NCBI RefSeq assembly: GCF_000143415.4
Contig: NW_003314283.1
Span: 1,230,330-1,294,329, forward strand
DNA: 64,000 nucleotides
Direction: 5' to 3'
Source: Selaginella moellendorffii
Lineage: Eukaryota; Plantae; Lycopodiophyta
How positions within the stretch are numbered: the stretch's first letter is position 1; each line of letters opens with the position of its first letter. Below the pieces are notes generated by a model. That model was not told where the DNA came from, searched no databases, and saw only the letters and a list, made by a program, of their open reading frames with translations. Shown here piece by piece: positions 1 through 11,920 of this stretch. A program made the translations under genes and the position numbers.

Positions 1-9
1 CGGATCGGT

Positions 10-395
10 CTCCATCTCGGTTTCGGAACGGACTCAGTCTCGGTTCCATCTCGGACTCCATCTTGGGTCCATCTCGAACTCCATCTCGAGTCCATCTTGG
101 ACTCCATCTCGGGTCCATCTCGAACTCCATCTCGAACTCTATCTCGGGTCCATCTTGAACTCCATCTCGGGTCCATCTCAGACTCCACCATGTGTCATCT
201 CGGGTCTATCTCGAACTCCATCTCGAGTCCATCTCGGGTCTATCTCGGGTCCATCTCGAACTCCATCTCAGACTCTATCTCGGGTCCATCTCGGACTCCA
301 TCTCAAGTCCATCTCAGACTCCACCATGTGTCATCTCAGACTCCATCTCGGGTCTATCTCGGACTCCATCTCGGGTCCATCTTGGACTCTATCTT
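10..395. repeat. Degenerate ~11-bp tandem repeat (CCATCTCGGGT / CCATCTCGAACT variants)
   Basis: Dozens of visible ccatctcg units; ORFs 97..738, 155..397 and 192..443 are repetitive by-products. Confidence 0.9.
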
Positions 396-626
396 AGACA
401 CTTCCACGTGTCATGTTTTGGTCCTCTTGTGTCCTTTTTCTAAAGACTCACTTATTGCTCGCTTCGTGCTTGTTCCTCAAGCACTTTGTTGGGAGTTCCA
501 CTCCCGCTCTCAACCTTTCAAGTCAGAGCTTTTAGTCCAACTGTGTTACGCTTGTTTGGTTTTCACTTTGGCCACTACCACGTGGCACCCTTTCGGCTCC
601 ACTTTGGGGCCTAGGGATTTTTTGTC

Positions 627-2716
627 TCACATCTCTAACCTCTCCTTAACATTTGCACGTAAAATCTTGATCTCTTTGGGTGACCAACGACGAACAAGAA
701 CCTTGATTGGACGAGCATCCCTGGTTGGAATTAGATGATGTGTGGCAATCTTAGCTCCATACGATAAATCAAATTCAAAGAGATCAGAATACTCCTTCAT
801 GAGCTGGTTAACCACTGCAACACAAAGATTGTTGGAAGGATCGAAAAAGGGAAGAGTAGAACAAGACGAAAATATAGGAGGAAATAGTCGGGGGACAAAA
901 GTAATGGAAATAGAGGTAAAAGTAGAGGGATAAAGAGGTTCAAAAGTGAGAGGAATGAATAAAACATAAGAAAGTATAAGATAAGGGGGAAAAGCCTCAA
1001 AGTCACACTTAACATGATTACGCTGCAACCAATTCATACTAAAGATGAGGTCAAAAGCTTGACTCGGCACCACCCGCAATAACTACAACCCAAGCTCAAG
1101 ATTGCCCACACACACAACTAGGTCCGCCTCATCTCAAGCACATACATGTGTATGGCCGTTGCCATAAAGAATGAAAACTAGCTCTACTGTATGATGCAAG
1201 TGTAGATGGTAATGTGTGGTAACAGGTCAAACAATAGAAGATAAACTCGAATCTATGTCAAGCAATACGAAGAGAATAATAGGAGACCTCTTGTTATAAA
1301 AACAAGTTTGGAAAGTAAACACTAGATGAACCGGTGTCGAGTGAACGCCTTGATAATACTCCCGAAAGAAAGATTAAAGGGTCACTGACTTATTCACGCA
1401 AGGTCCCTTTGTTACTTGTGTGACTCGTCGTTTCCCAAATGCATCTTAGTGTCTAAACCTTTCACTGTAGCAACACCAACAAGACGTTGTTGATGCCAAG
1501 ATCTCCACCTAGGAAATGAAGGTTGCCAATCTGGAAAACGCCGACAACGCCAATAAGTGTGACCAACTTCATCACATACCTAACACCAAATGTCACAGTC
1601 ACGACCACGTCCTTACCCTTATCCTTGGACTCAAGTAGCAACAACATTAACCTCCATTAAAACAAGACTATCGCCCACAGAAGTGGAAGAGGCAATATTT
1701 CATAACGTTGTGCCAAATGAAGAGTATCGTCAAGGGTGGCTAGAGCAAATGCATGCACAAATCCAACAAAATTTTGACAAAGTGTTGGCCACAACATTCT
1801 TAGCTTGATCCGCTCCGGCATATTTGACTCCGATGAAGTAAGAGGCTTTGGAAACAAATGCTAAATTGCATCACCGACTAAAATGGCCCTTGATGAAAAC
1901 AAAGCAATTGTTAGAAGGCATCATCACAATTGTCAATATGTCTGAATGCGTGTTTGAAGATGTCTAGAAGAACACTCCAATCCCTACAAGTGGCTACACT
2001 CAAACCATTGTACCACTGTAGTGCTATCCCTTGGAGACACATGGGAAACTCACACAAATGTCGAGCATCATCCCAAGAATGATATGTGGCAATCACCGTG
2101 AAGTGATTAAACCAATAGTACACATCATCCCCAAGATTCCTACGAAAAAACTCTGGTCAAACGCGAGGATTGGCACCAAAAATAGGAGGAGTTGTACCAC
2201 GTGCCGTGAATGCCACCATCAATTGAGTTTGGTTGTTCAATTGCAATCACATGGCATCAAGCAATTGCACCAATTGCTGCTCCAGAGTCAGAGGAGGAAA
2301 TTGTTGCTCTGCCATGAAGATAAATGAAAAGGAAATAGCAAAAGAAGATAAATGAGAAAAAAAAACTAGAAGGAAAGGAAGATCTAGACAATAGAAAAGT
2401 TAAATGTAAATCAAAATCCTAAAAGGAAAGAACAAAAGAAAAGAAATAGAAAAATCTAGATCTAGATGATGCAAAAGCTAGATCTAAATCAAAATTCAAA
2501 ATCCAAGCACTCCTTAGGGACAATGAAAGGTGCCCCTCATCTCCACTAATGTGAGTGCTTAGAATATGGAAAAGGAATACAAAAAAATGTGCATAAGCTC
2601 AAAAACCTTAATTTATATATAGAATCGAGTCATCCGGATTGAAACCAATTCGACAGCTACTAAAATCCCATTATGCTAATATTAATATCTGGCATCGTAG
2701 CCGTATACTTGGACTT
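627..2716 (-). mobile_element. Decayed, internally deleted Ty3/gypsy LTR retrotransposon (LTR part, PBS, gag, protease, start of RT)
   Basis: Gag-like LQGIALQWYNGL..DWSVLLDIFKHAF (1911-2123); protease-like VLLDIDSS (~1250) and FDLIFSMNWL; pre-RT HLIPTRDARPIK..RRWSPKEIKIL; many stops; PBS at 2533-2548. Confidence 0.8.
2533..2548 (-). other. Primer-binding site complementary to the tRNA-Ala 3' end
   Basis: Minus strand CA-T-TAGTGGAGATGAGGGG versus expected TGGTGGAGATGCGGGG; matching site in the second copy at ~30868-30883. Confidence 0.65.
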
Positions 2717-2717
2717 T

Positions 2718-2868
<151 letters not shown>

Positions 2869-4667
2869 TTACTCTACCTAGGTAATATGTTAAGTATAAT
2901 ATTATAGCATATAAACCATTTATTTGGGACTAAATTTGGTCTATCCATTCATGTATATGAGCCAATTAATATACTTATTCCACTCACATACTTATAATTT
3001 AAAATTATTTTCTGTATATTGCATATATCAATGCTTAGTTTACTTAATAGTAGTGTTATTTCTATTTAATAATTTAATTATAAAAAATATAAACATGTTT
3101 ATAATTTATAGACACAAGATTAATTTTATTGAATATCAATCAGAGTTAGCTAGAATATACTTCAAAGTGTTCAGGAAAGTTTATAAATTATAAACATGTT
3201 TATAAATTATAAATATAAAATTAATCTAAATATCCAACCATATTCTCACTTAAAGCAAACCAAAAAAGACTTAAAAGACTTTTGTTGTGGTATTGATCTA
3301 AAGCAAGCTCTTTTTCTGTTAGCAAACCCTAAAGACTTGATTCATCAAGCAAGAGTTCTCCTTATAGTAGTGCCACAAGGTCCTATAGTGTGTCATCCCA
3401 CAGATTCGTCTTCTATCTCATGATGAGTAGAACAAATTCATGCAAGCCATTACAGATTAATCCTGTCTCTGCTGCAGTTGAACTTTAGAGCTTTGATGAA
3501 TGCTGCGTGTTTGTATGCTTGAGGCACCACTGATCTAGTAGCTTCTTCTGCAGGTGCTCTGAGATTCACGCCCACCTTGAACCGGAAATAAGGGGCTTAG
3601 AAACATCAGCTTCCTATTGCTATCCCAAAGCATGTATAATTGTTGGGTGCATGGATGACCTGTGAGCACCAGCATCAACAGTGATCCAAGCTCCTCTGTG
3701 GTTTCTTGGCTTGCAACCATTGCCTCAAACTTCTGCAGATACAGCTCATTCACTTCGGCCACGAAAGCCACCAGGCATTTGATCTGTAAGAGTGTCCAGA
3801 CTCTCCAGTGTGGACTCCAGCAGGCTGGATTGTGCAATCCAAGTTGCCAGCTCCTTGGAATCAAAAGGCCTGTGCCACCCAAAGCAGGAAACAACAAAAC
3901 TTGTGGTATAAGGTTTGGAGGTACATGATAAGGTGCCCAGGTGGCATGGAGGCTTCAGTGATGCCTAGAGGGATCTACAATCTGGCATTTATGGTTGAGA
4001 TCCAAGTGGATTGTGAAGTTATGGAGGATAACTTACGAATTACGAATTTGTGGCCCATCCTTGTATTTATCTGTGTTTACTAGCAAATAATGACCTTCAG
4101 AAGTTTGTGGGATCTTTCTATGTATTTGAAAGACCCTTCTACAACATGTTGCAGCGCCTCAACACCACCGTGGGGTTTCTTATGGTTCTTGTGGCCCGAA
4201 GAGTTTTGTGAGTGTCTAAGAGAGACTTAAGGGCACAAGTGGAAAAGACACATTGCCTTTGGCAGCTCTTTTGGGCTGAATGTGGGCAAGATCAATGCTC
4301 AAGGCTTGACAGAGCCTTGATCAATGCTTTTGCAGTTTCCAGCTGTTGGGCTAGTATTGATTTGCTAGTCTTTTATTAGTTTTTCTAAAAATAGATCTAG
4401 CTGTTCCAGGAATCTTGGAACCATCAAAGAAGGTGGAGTTTGGCTCCACAAGCTCATGACAAATTGGGTCAATCTTGGATGGATATCAGAGAGGCACACA
4501 TGGAAACCATTACCAGCAAATAGCAATTTCTGGGCAGCAGGCAAGTCTCCAACCTGGGGTGGCCACCCAGAATAAATCTCTGGATATGGCTGCATTCAAA
4601 AAAATTCAAAACCCCAAGTATATTCAAAAAATAAATAAATTTTAACCCTTATATATCTTATTAACAG

Positions 4668-4669
<2 letters not shown>

Positions 4670-4746
<77 letters not shown>
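4670..4746. repeat. (AT)n microsatellite
   Basis: Directly visible. Confidence 0.97.
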
Positions 4747-4748
<2 letters not shown>

Positions 4749-6148
4749 AACACCTTGTTAATTGTGACTTCTTACAAGCTTGCTTCTTAGGTATAATAAG
4801 CTGCACCAATGTAGACGCTATTCCTATTGATAAATCTACCTTATTCTAAAATAAAAACCCTCTCCATAAGATTTATTCATACAAAACCCTATATGTATTA
4901 TGCTTTCATGCATATTTACAGCACCTATCCTAACCCTAAAGAAGAGTGGCCACCCTGTGGTCTCCAATAGCAAGAGTGGGTTTTAGTGCCTCATACTCAA
5001 CTCTAAAGCAGCTGTGAGCAACAAAAGGATCATTGTAGGACGTTCCAAAGGTTGAGTTACAAATAGACCACCATATAAGCCTGGTTTATAAATAAAAACT
5101 TAGAAACAAAAAATATTTTATATCTCCATTTTAAAATAATTTGTTGCACTTTGCATGCACTTAGTTTGCTTAATAGTAGTGTTATTCTTATTATTAATCC
5201 AATTAATCAGATAGAAGTTTATAATTATAAAAAAACCATTAAATGGTAAAATATCCTAGAATATCCAAGCATATAATAGGTTTGAGACAAATTACAAGCA
5301 AATCAAAAAACTTCACATTAGCAATATTTTAACAAACTACTGAGACATATTTTAGGGTTTTAGCTATCCATGACATAAAAATCATTTTAGAGCTTCCCAC
5401 AAAGATAATATGTAGGGAAGAATTTCATCTCTCTTAATTTTTCTTTTAAAATTGATAATTTTCTAAAACCATTGGGATAGAAAAAATTTAAGAATTAGTA
5501 TTAAAGAATCCACAATAAAATCAGGTTTTCCTTATAAACTAGTAAATTGCTAAATATTGGATTGAGTCTCATCAGTAGAATCTTTATGCCTCTTCCATGT
5601 TGGCTGTTTGTATGTATTTATGTAATGCCTTTTTGAAAGGTTCCTGTTTGCCGTTTAACACAAGCTCAAAGCGGTGCGTGGATCATTACAAAAGCATCTC
5701 TAGGTAGATGCACAAGCGGTTAGGGGTAGAACCGATGATCAAATAGATCCATACTTAGTGAACTCATCTACTCATCCAAGCCTGAGTTATAGTACAGTCC
5801 ATACAACCAGGAAGCTTGATATTCCTAAAGAAAGAAATGGAACAGTTCTCAATTTGAAGTTACGACTATTTCATTTGATGGCCACACATACGATTACACA
5901 AAACAAGGTGAAAGAAAATCACGAAACAACGATGAAACTAGAAACCTGTTAGCTTCCTTCTTCAGTCTAGACTGCTTGATTTTTAGAAGCTCCAATTCAC
6001 ATGGTTATTACGTTCCCGCAACCAAATCCATCCTGCAAGGAAGAGGACAACATCAAAAAATCAATCTCTCGCGCTCGCATACCTGGATGAGTGTTGTCGA
6101 CGATGCAGAGTTTGGCGTACTGCCGTGAAGCCGAGCGGAGACAAATTC

Positions 6149-7462
6149 CTAGTCCGAGTCGTCGTACACGCCCTCGTCGTCGGAGATCTCATCGAAGGTC
6201 CTCATGTCCAGCTGGTAGCGCAAGATCCCTCCGATCCCTCCAAAGCCCCGGCAAAACTGCGACCCCTCCTGGGACTTGTTGGTGATGAACTCGAGCGTGC
6301 ACCCAAACCGCCGGTACTCGTTCGCAAACCACTCGAGCAGCGCGATCTTGTCCTGCACCTCCAGCTCCGCCTGCGTCTCCGGGTCCCGGAAGTGCGACTG
6401 GTCCGACTCGTGCTCCTTGCTCAGGTGCTTGATGATGATCTCCCCGCTCACCGAGTGCTTGAGCGTGTAGCGCGTCACCTCCAGCGCCTCCCACACGATG
6501 AGCGTCTCCACCGCCCCCATCTCCAGCGCCTTGAGCGTGTCATCGATGCCAAACACGTACTTGCCCGTGTCCTGGCTGATCTCCTCAAAGTACTTGCCAA
6601 TCAGCCGCTTCTCCTGGATGAACTTGACGTTGGACAGGATCTCGGCCGAGAGCTCGATCGCCTGGTTGAACCCATTCTCCCCGCCGTAGGAAACGTCCAC
6701 CACGTTGAGCACCTTGGTCTGGAGCCGTGGATCAAACATGTCCGACTGCCCGAGCTCCGTCTTGAAGTCCGCCGACCCCGCGAGGATGAGCCCGGCAACG
6801 TTGGGCTGGCTCGTCACCGGGTTGACGAAGAACTGCGTCGCTAGCTCCGCGGTCTTCCTCACGTAGTTGTGCCTCTTCTCCATCCGGAGCCTCGCGAAAC
6901 GCAGCGCCGACTGCCCTCCACGGCCGTGCTTCTTGGGCAGATCCACCGTGAACTTGTGGAGAACCTCGCGAGTGTTGCCGCTGAGCGTGCCAAAGAGGGT
7001 CCCGTTTCCATCCATGATGATGAAGCCGAACTTCTCGTCGGACTCCAGGAGCTCGTTGAGCGCCTCGGTGTGGAACTTGTTGTCGCAGAGGTAGAGCGAC
7101 GCGTTGATGGGCTTGAAAGGCTCGAAGTCGATGGTCACCTTCTTCTCCTTGCCGTCCTCGGTGACGATGGTGCCCGTGTAGAGCACCAGGCCATTGGGCG
7201 GCACCTTGTTGTAGAGCTTGAGGCGCTGCTGGGCGGAGGTGATGGCGCCGAGCACCGACTGGCGATTCACGCGGTTCTTGATGTTGGAGGCCGTGCCGAA
7301 TTCGTCGCCAAGCATCTTCTGGACGCGATTGACCTGGTCGCGCGGCGGCATGATGAGCGAGATCATGCTGGTGCCGTTGCCCCTCGCGGATTCCAGCGCC
7401 TTGATCAGCTTCTTGATCTTCCATATCTCGATGTTCTTGTCGGTCTCAGCGCCGTCCGCCAT
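6149..7462 (-). CDS. eRF1: Eukaryotic peptide chain release factor subunit 1 (intronless CDS; predicted 5'UTR intron 7465-7521 and 3'UTR intron 6033-6082)
   Basis: [33 protein letters not shown] (NIKS loop), YLCDNKF and GGQ motif; ATG at 7462. Confidence 0.98.
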   Translation of the reverse strand: MADGAETDKNIEIWKIKKLIKALESARGNGTSMISLIMPPRDQVNRVQKMLGDEFGTASNIKNRVNRQSVLGAITSAQQRLKLYNKVPPNGLVLYTGTIVTEDGKEKKVTIDFEPFKPINASLYLCDNKFHTEALNELLESDEKFGFIIMDGNGTLFGTLSGNTREVLHKFTVDLPKKHGRGGQSALRFARLRMEKRHNYVRKTAELATQFFVNPVTSQPNVAGLILAGSADFKTELGQSDMFDPRLQTKVLNVVDVSYGGENGFNQAIELSAEILSNVKFIQEKRLIGKYFEEISQDTGKYVFGIDDTLKALEMGAVETLIVWEALEVTRYTLKHSVSGEIIIKHLSKEHESDQSHFRDPETQAELEVQDKIALLEWFANEYRRFGCTLEFITNKSQEGSQFCRGFGGIGGILRYQLDMRTFDEISDDEGVYDDSD

Positions 7463-7570
7463 CCCTGGCAAGGAGAGAGGAGCGATGGATCAGAGAATGG
7501 AATCGAGAATACGCGTCTTACCGCTCGACCGCGCTCCGCTGCTGGACGCCACACTGCCCACCGCCAGAGA

Positions 7571-7579
7571 AAACCCTAA
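7571..7579. promoter_or_regulatory. Telo-box AAACCCTAA upstream of eRF1 (similar boxes near 8749, 45699, 49693)
   Basis: Exact motif; telo-boxes are typical of plant translation-machinery promoters. Confidence 0.6.
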
Positions 7580-7599
7580 CCCTACGAGGAGGATGAGGG

Positions 7600-8740
7600 G
7601 CGAATATCCACCGGCATCTTCCAAGAGTTTGTTTGAGCTTTGGCCTCTCGGAAATTCTCGAGCGCCTCGCGGACACGTCTCAAGCTGGGAAAAGAAAGTC
7701 ACGATCAGCGCATTCTTCCACTCACACTGGACGACGATCACTCGAGAAAATCGGAGGAGAGATTTCATACTTACTTTGATACGCTTGACCACTTCTCGAG
7801 CAGGCGATCGGCTTCCAGGAACTTTAGCGGCGAATCGGCCAAGCCCAAGACGAGAGCTTTCCAGTCTTGTCGCTGGAAGAGCTCCTCCGCGAGATCTAGA
7901 CCCGGTTGTTCCACTGCGGCGTGGACGAAGTCGGAGAGATCTTGTTTGAGCTGCTTTGGATCCAATCGCCAGGCTTGCAATCTGGGAGGAGCGATGGTGT
8001 CAATCCAGCTTACTTGGAAAGTTGGAATGGACTGACCTGGAGGATGGAGCGAGCTTGGAGTAGAGGTTTTCCTCGCGGAGGATGTCCAGTAGCTCGATGA
8101 TTCTTCCAGTGGCAGCGTCGCTGGACGATCCGGGATTTTTTACGTAGAGCATGCACGACGATGGTGTCTTGAGCTTGCAGCGAGGAATGTCCGTGGCCAC
8201 CTTGAGCACGGCCTCGATGAGAGGAAGAGCTTGGTCACCTGAGAGAGAAGGAAAGAAGCTTATAAGAACACGAAGAACACGAACGATTCCATAGGAAGCT
8301 GGCATACCTTGTCCATTCCTGACGAATCCTTTGCAAGTCTCGGCGAGCTTCTCCAGGCACGACATGGAAATGCAGGATCCATATTCCACTCGCTCTTGCG
8401 ATACAGCGAGATTATCGTCGAGATTCTTGCCCTGGCATCTGTCCATCTCTGGAATCCCCTGTCCCACGCAGCCGGGCCGAGAATCGCCGTGGAATTTTGC
8501 CGATGAGAGAATGGACACCAGCGCTTCGATGGAGAATGCCGTCGTTCTTGGATAGAGCTGCGAGGAATGGATCCATTACCGCATTGCAAGAATCACAGGC
8601 AAACTTACAACGGCGGCAGTAAATCCCATCATTCCCAGCGCCCGATCGACCAGCGGCGATCGAGCCTGGCACGACAGCGCGCCGGGAAATGGATCGGCGG
8701 AAGGCGAGGCGCGCGACACAAGCTCTTCCAGTTGTTGCAT
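7600..8740 (-). CDS. Multi-exon uncharacterised helical plant protein (3' end uncertain)
   Basis: ATG at 8740 (MQQLEELVSRAS..); GT-AG introns link ORFs 8000-8518 and 7771-7980; WRLDPKQLKQDLSD..EELFQRQDWKALVLGLADSPLKFLE looks like conserved coding sequence. Confidence 0.55.
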
Positions 8741-8862
8741 CTCTCCTAAAACCCTAACCGCATATTCTCCTCTTTGAAATCGAACATTCCGCCAGAATCT
8801 CTAACTGACAGAATATCTCTAGGATTGTCCTTAATTTAAAACCACGTGGAAAACCTTGGGCA

Positions 8863-11182
8863 ATGGCGACAATGAAGGCGGGGCTCGCGTTTGTTTCTCT
8901 GGCGATTCTCCTCTTCGCGATCGCTGGAGCGAATCAGGTACTCGATTTTTGATCGCTCGGGGCTCGCCGATCGTTAGGATGATCACGGGGGTTGAATCTT
9001 CTCTTTTTCGATCTTAGGCTCTCGATCGATGCAGCCTTCTCCCGATCGATCACTTCTTCCTGTTCAGCAAGCGCGTGATCACTCCCGCGGGGATAATCTC
9101 CGCTTCTGGTAATATTGGAAGGATTTTGAGCTAGTGCGCTATAGTGGTTTTGCTTGTGTAGTGGAGATTGACAATGGCAAAGTGGTATCGATTCTCGAGC
9201 GGCAAGAGGCGCCATCCAAGGAGATAAACGGCGTGCCTGTGATGGATTATGGAAATGCGGTCGTCATGCCGGGTCTCATTGATGCGTAAGAACGAAGTTT
9301 CCATCTTTTCTTCTGCGGAGCTCATGGTTTTTCCTTCTTTCAAAGGCAGTCATGTTCATCTAAACGAGCCAGGAAGAGAAGAATGGGAAGGATTTGTTAC
9401 AGGAACTATGGCTGCCGCAGCGGGTAAGAATCTGAAACTAGAAAGCAAGTGAAATCGTTTTATGTAGTGTTGTAGAAACTTTGTTTTCTTAGGTGGAGTG
9501 ACTTCTCTCGTTGACATGCCTTTGAACAGTTTCCCGACCACTACGTCAAGCGAGCTTCTCAAGTTAAAGGTACTTTTCCTTCTTCGTTTTCTTGTTCTCG
9601 AACTTTGGTCGATGAACTTTGTTTGATCAGCTTGCAAGCGCAGCAGAGAAACTTATGGTCGATGTTGGTGAGGATATCTTTCTTTCTTCTTTTTTCTCCA
9701 ACTTTCGCTTGATCACCTTTAGGATTTTGGGGAGGCCTTGTTCCTGAGAATGCTGCCAATCTAACAATCTTGGACGAACTTCTTGATACTGGAGCTTTGG
9801 GCCTCAAGGTATTAGCCGCTGCTCGTACATATGAAAATGTTTCTCAAGGCTCCGATGATTTTTACGCAGTCTTTTATGTGTCCATCAGGAATAAACGACT
9901 TCCCCATGACCACGGGTCAGCACATACAGGTCTTTTTTCAAGAGGTATTGGCTTTCAAACTGAAAACTCAATGCAGGCGGCGTTGCCCGTGTTAGCAAAG
10001 TATGGTCGTCCGTTGCTCGTCCATGCAGAAAAAGAACAACCCGGGGTTAAATCCTCTCAAGTGGACAAAGACCCCAGGCTGTATTCAACACATCTCGAGT
10101 CAAGACCAAATTCGTGGTACATGTTTTAAGCAGCTTTTTAAGTCACTGAGTGTTTTAAATGTGTTTGCTTTGTTGTTCAAGGGAACAGGAAGCTATACGA
10201 GAGCTACTAGATGTTGCAAAAGATACAGCTCCTGGAGGAAAAGCTGAAGGTGCTCGTGTCCATATTGTCCATTTATCTGATGCCGACGAATCCATTCAAA
10301 TGATCAAGGTGACCAAAGCTTTCTGGGTTTCATTTCATTGACATATGTTTCGGCAGAAAGCCAAAGCTCAAGGCTTGAATGTGTCGGTAGAAACATGCAC
10401 TCACTACCTGGCATTCTCGTCGGACAACATAGGCGATGGTGATACTCGCTACAAGTGCGCCCCTCCCATTCGGAGCGAGCTCAACCGAAAGAAACTTTGG
10501 AGTGCTGTGAATGTGAGTTGTTTCTCGCTTTTAGTTTTTCCAAACTTCTAGCCTTGAACTCTCTTCTCTTTCCAGGATGACTTTTTCGATCTACTCAGCT
10601 CGGATCACTCTCCGTCTCCCAGTGACATGAAGTTACCGGAAGAAGGTGACTTCATGAGAGCTTGGGGCGGAATTTCTTCGCTTCAGGTTATATAGTTTTC
10701 TACTCAAATTTAGTTTCTGACTGACGGCTTAAACTCAGTTTGTGCTTCCAGCGACTTGGACCGCCGGAATACCTCACGGACTGACGCTGGAGAAGCTCTC
10801 AAATCTGTGGAGCCGAGGTCCAGCGAAACTTGCAAACATTTACTCCTCCAAGGTACTCTCGTCTCGTATAGGATTTCTATTCAACCTTCGTGATTGCACA
10901 GGGATCTTTAGAACCAGGGAAGGATGCCGACATCGTAGTATGGGACCCGGAGAGCTCCTTCGTAATTGATGAAAACTACACCATTTTCCACAAGCACAAG
11001 GTAAGTGATTGCTTTCCACGAATTTATGTCATTTGGTTTTTCTCCAGCTCACACCATATGCGGGACAAACGTTATATGGACGAGTGATCGCTACTATTGT
11101 TCGAGGCCAGCATGTATATCAGGAAGGCCACCATGCAACGCAACCGTGTGGAAAGGTGCTCCTTGCTAAATCAACGAGTTAG
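8863..11182 (+). CDS. ALN: Allantoinase (amidohydrolase/dihydroorotase superfamily), many short introns, N-terminal hydrophobic anchor
   Basis: [79 protein letters not shown]. Confidence 0.95.
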
Positions 11183-11214
11183 TTTGATCAAAAAAATATT
11201 AAATAAAAAAGGGT

Positions 11215-11286
11215 CGCCGTTGCCGGGGATCGAACCCGGGTCGTCCGCGTGACAGGCGGAAATACTTACCACTATACTACAACGAC
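11215..11286 (-). tRNA. trnD-GUC: tRNA-Asp(GTC)
   Basis: 72-nt cloverleaf GTCGTTGTAGTATAGTGG..CTGTCAC..GGTTCGATCCCCGGCAACGGCG followed by a T-run. Confidence 0.97.
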
Positions 11287-11331
11287 TTCGAACGATCACA
11301 AAAGAAAGTTCTAGCTAGAAGTGTGGCCATT

Positions 11332-11572
11332 CTAGTTTGGTTTTTTCTTTCGCTTGCTTCGCTTTTTTCTCCCAATTGCGCCTTCTTCTTCTTCTTCGGG
11401 GTATCTTTCCTCCAATAGATCCATGGATTTCTACAGCGCAACACAAAATCGTTCAAGAAAAGATCATTCCACCGCCTACCTTGTTCATCTCCATGAAGCT
11501 CACTCCATAAAATGTTAGTGCGGCAGTAGCAACAATGCCAAGAACAGGCATTACAAGCACTGATAGATCCAT
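11332..11572 (-). CDS. 63-aa single-TM protein, two exons (11572-11480, 11430-11332); absent from the ORF track
   Basis: MDLSVLVMPVLGIVATAALTFYGVSFMEMNK|KSMDLLEERYPEEEEEGAIGRKKRSKRKKKPN*; 49-nt phase-0 intron AAG|GTAGGC..CTGTAG. Confidence 0.8.
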
Positions 11573-11920
11573 GCCTTATCTCTTGTTCCCTAGAACCACA
11601 CAAAACTATTTGAGATGAACTGTGAGAATAAATCATAGATAACTATTTTTTATCTTATTTTTAAAGTTAAAATAAATGGAATTGATCTACATGAGCACAA
11701 GAGATTTATGGTACACTTCCTCACTTGGAAACAGAGCAAAAGTAAGACAATTAAGAAGAAAAAAGTTATAAAATGAAGAGCCAAGAGCAAAACAAGGATC
11801 TTTTCTGGATTTCTATCGCAGCTCCCTGCACAGGAATAACTCGGAGCTCAAATTCCTAGAAGGAAAACTGTAGAAAAAAATAAAAATAAAAATGGAAGAG
11901 GGCGTGGGAGTGGAGAGTGG

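Noticed and set aside
10-395. CRISPR-like array or 213-aa protein
   Set aside because: No unique spacers, eukaryotic context; the ORFs are translations of a minisatellite
6125-7949. Long antisense ORFs over eRF1 (likewise over BAHD, PPR and H3)
   Set aside because: Expected shadows of GC3-rich coding sequence; no recognisable motifs
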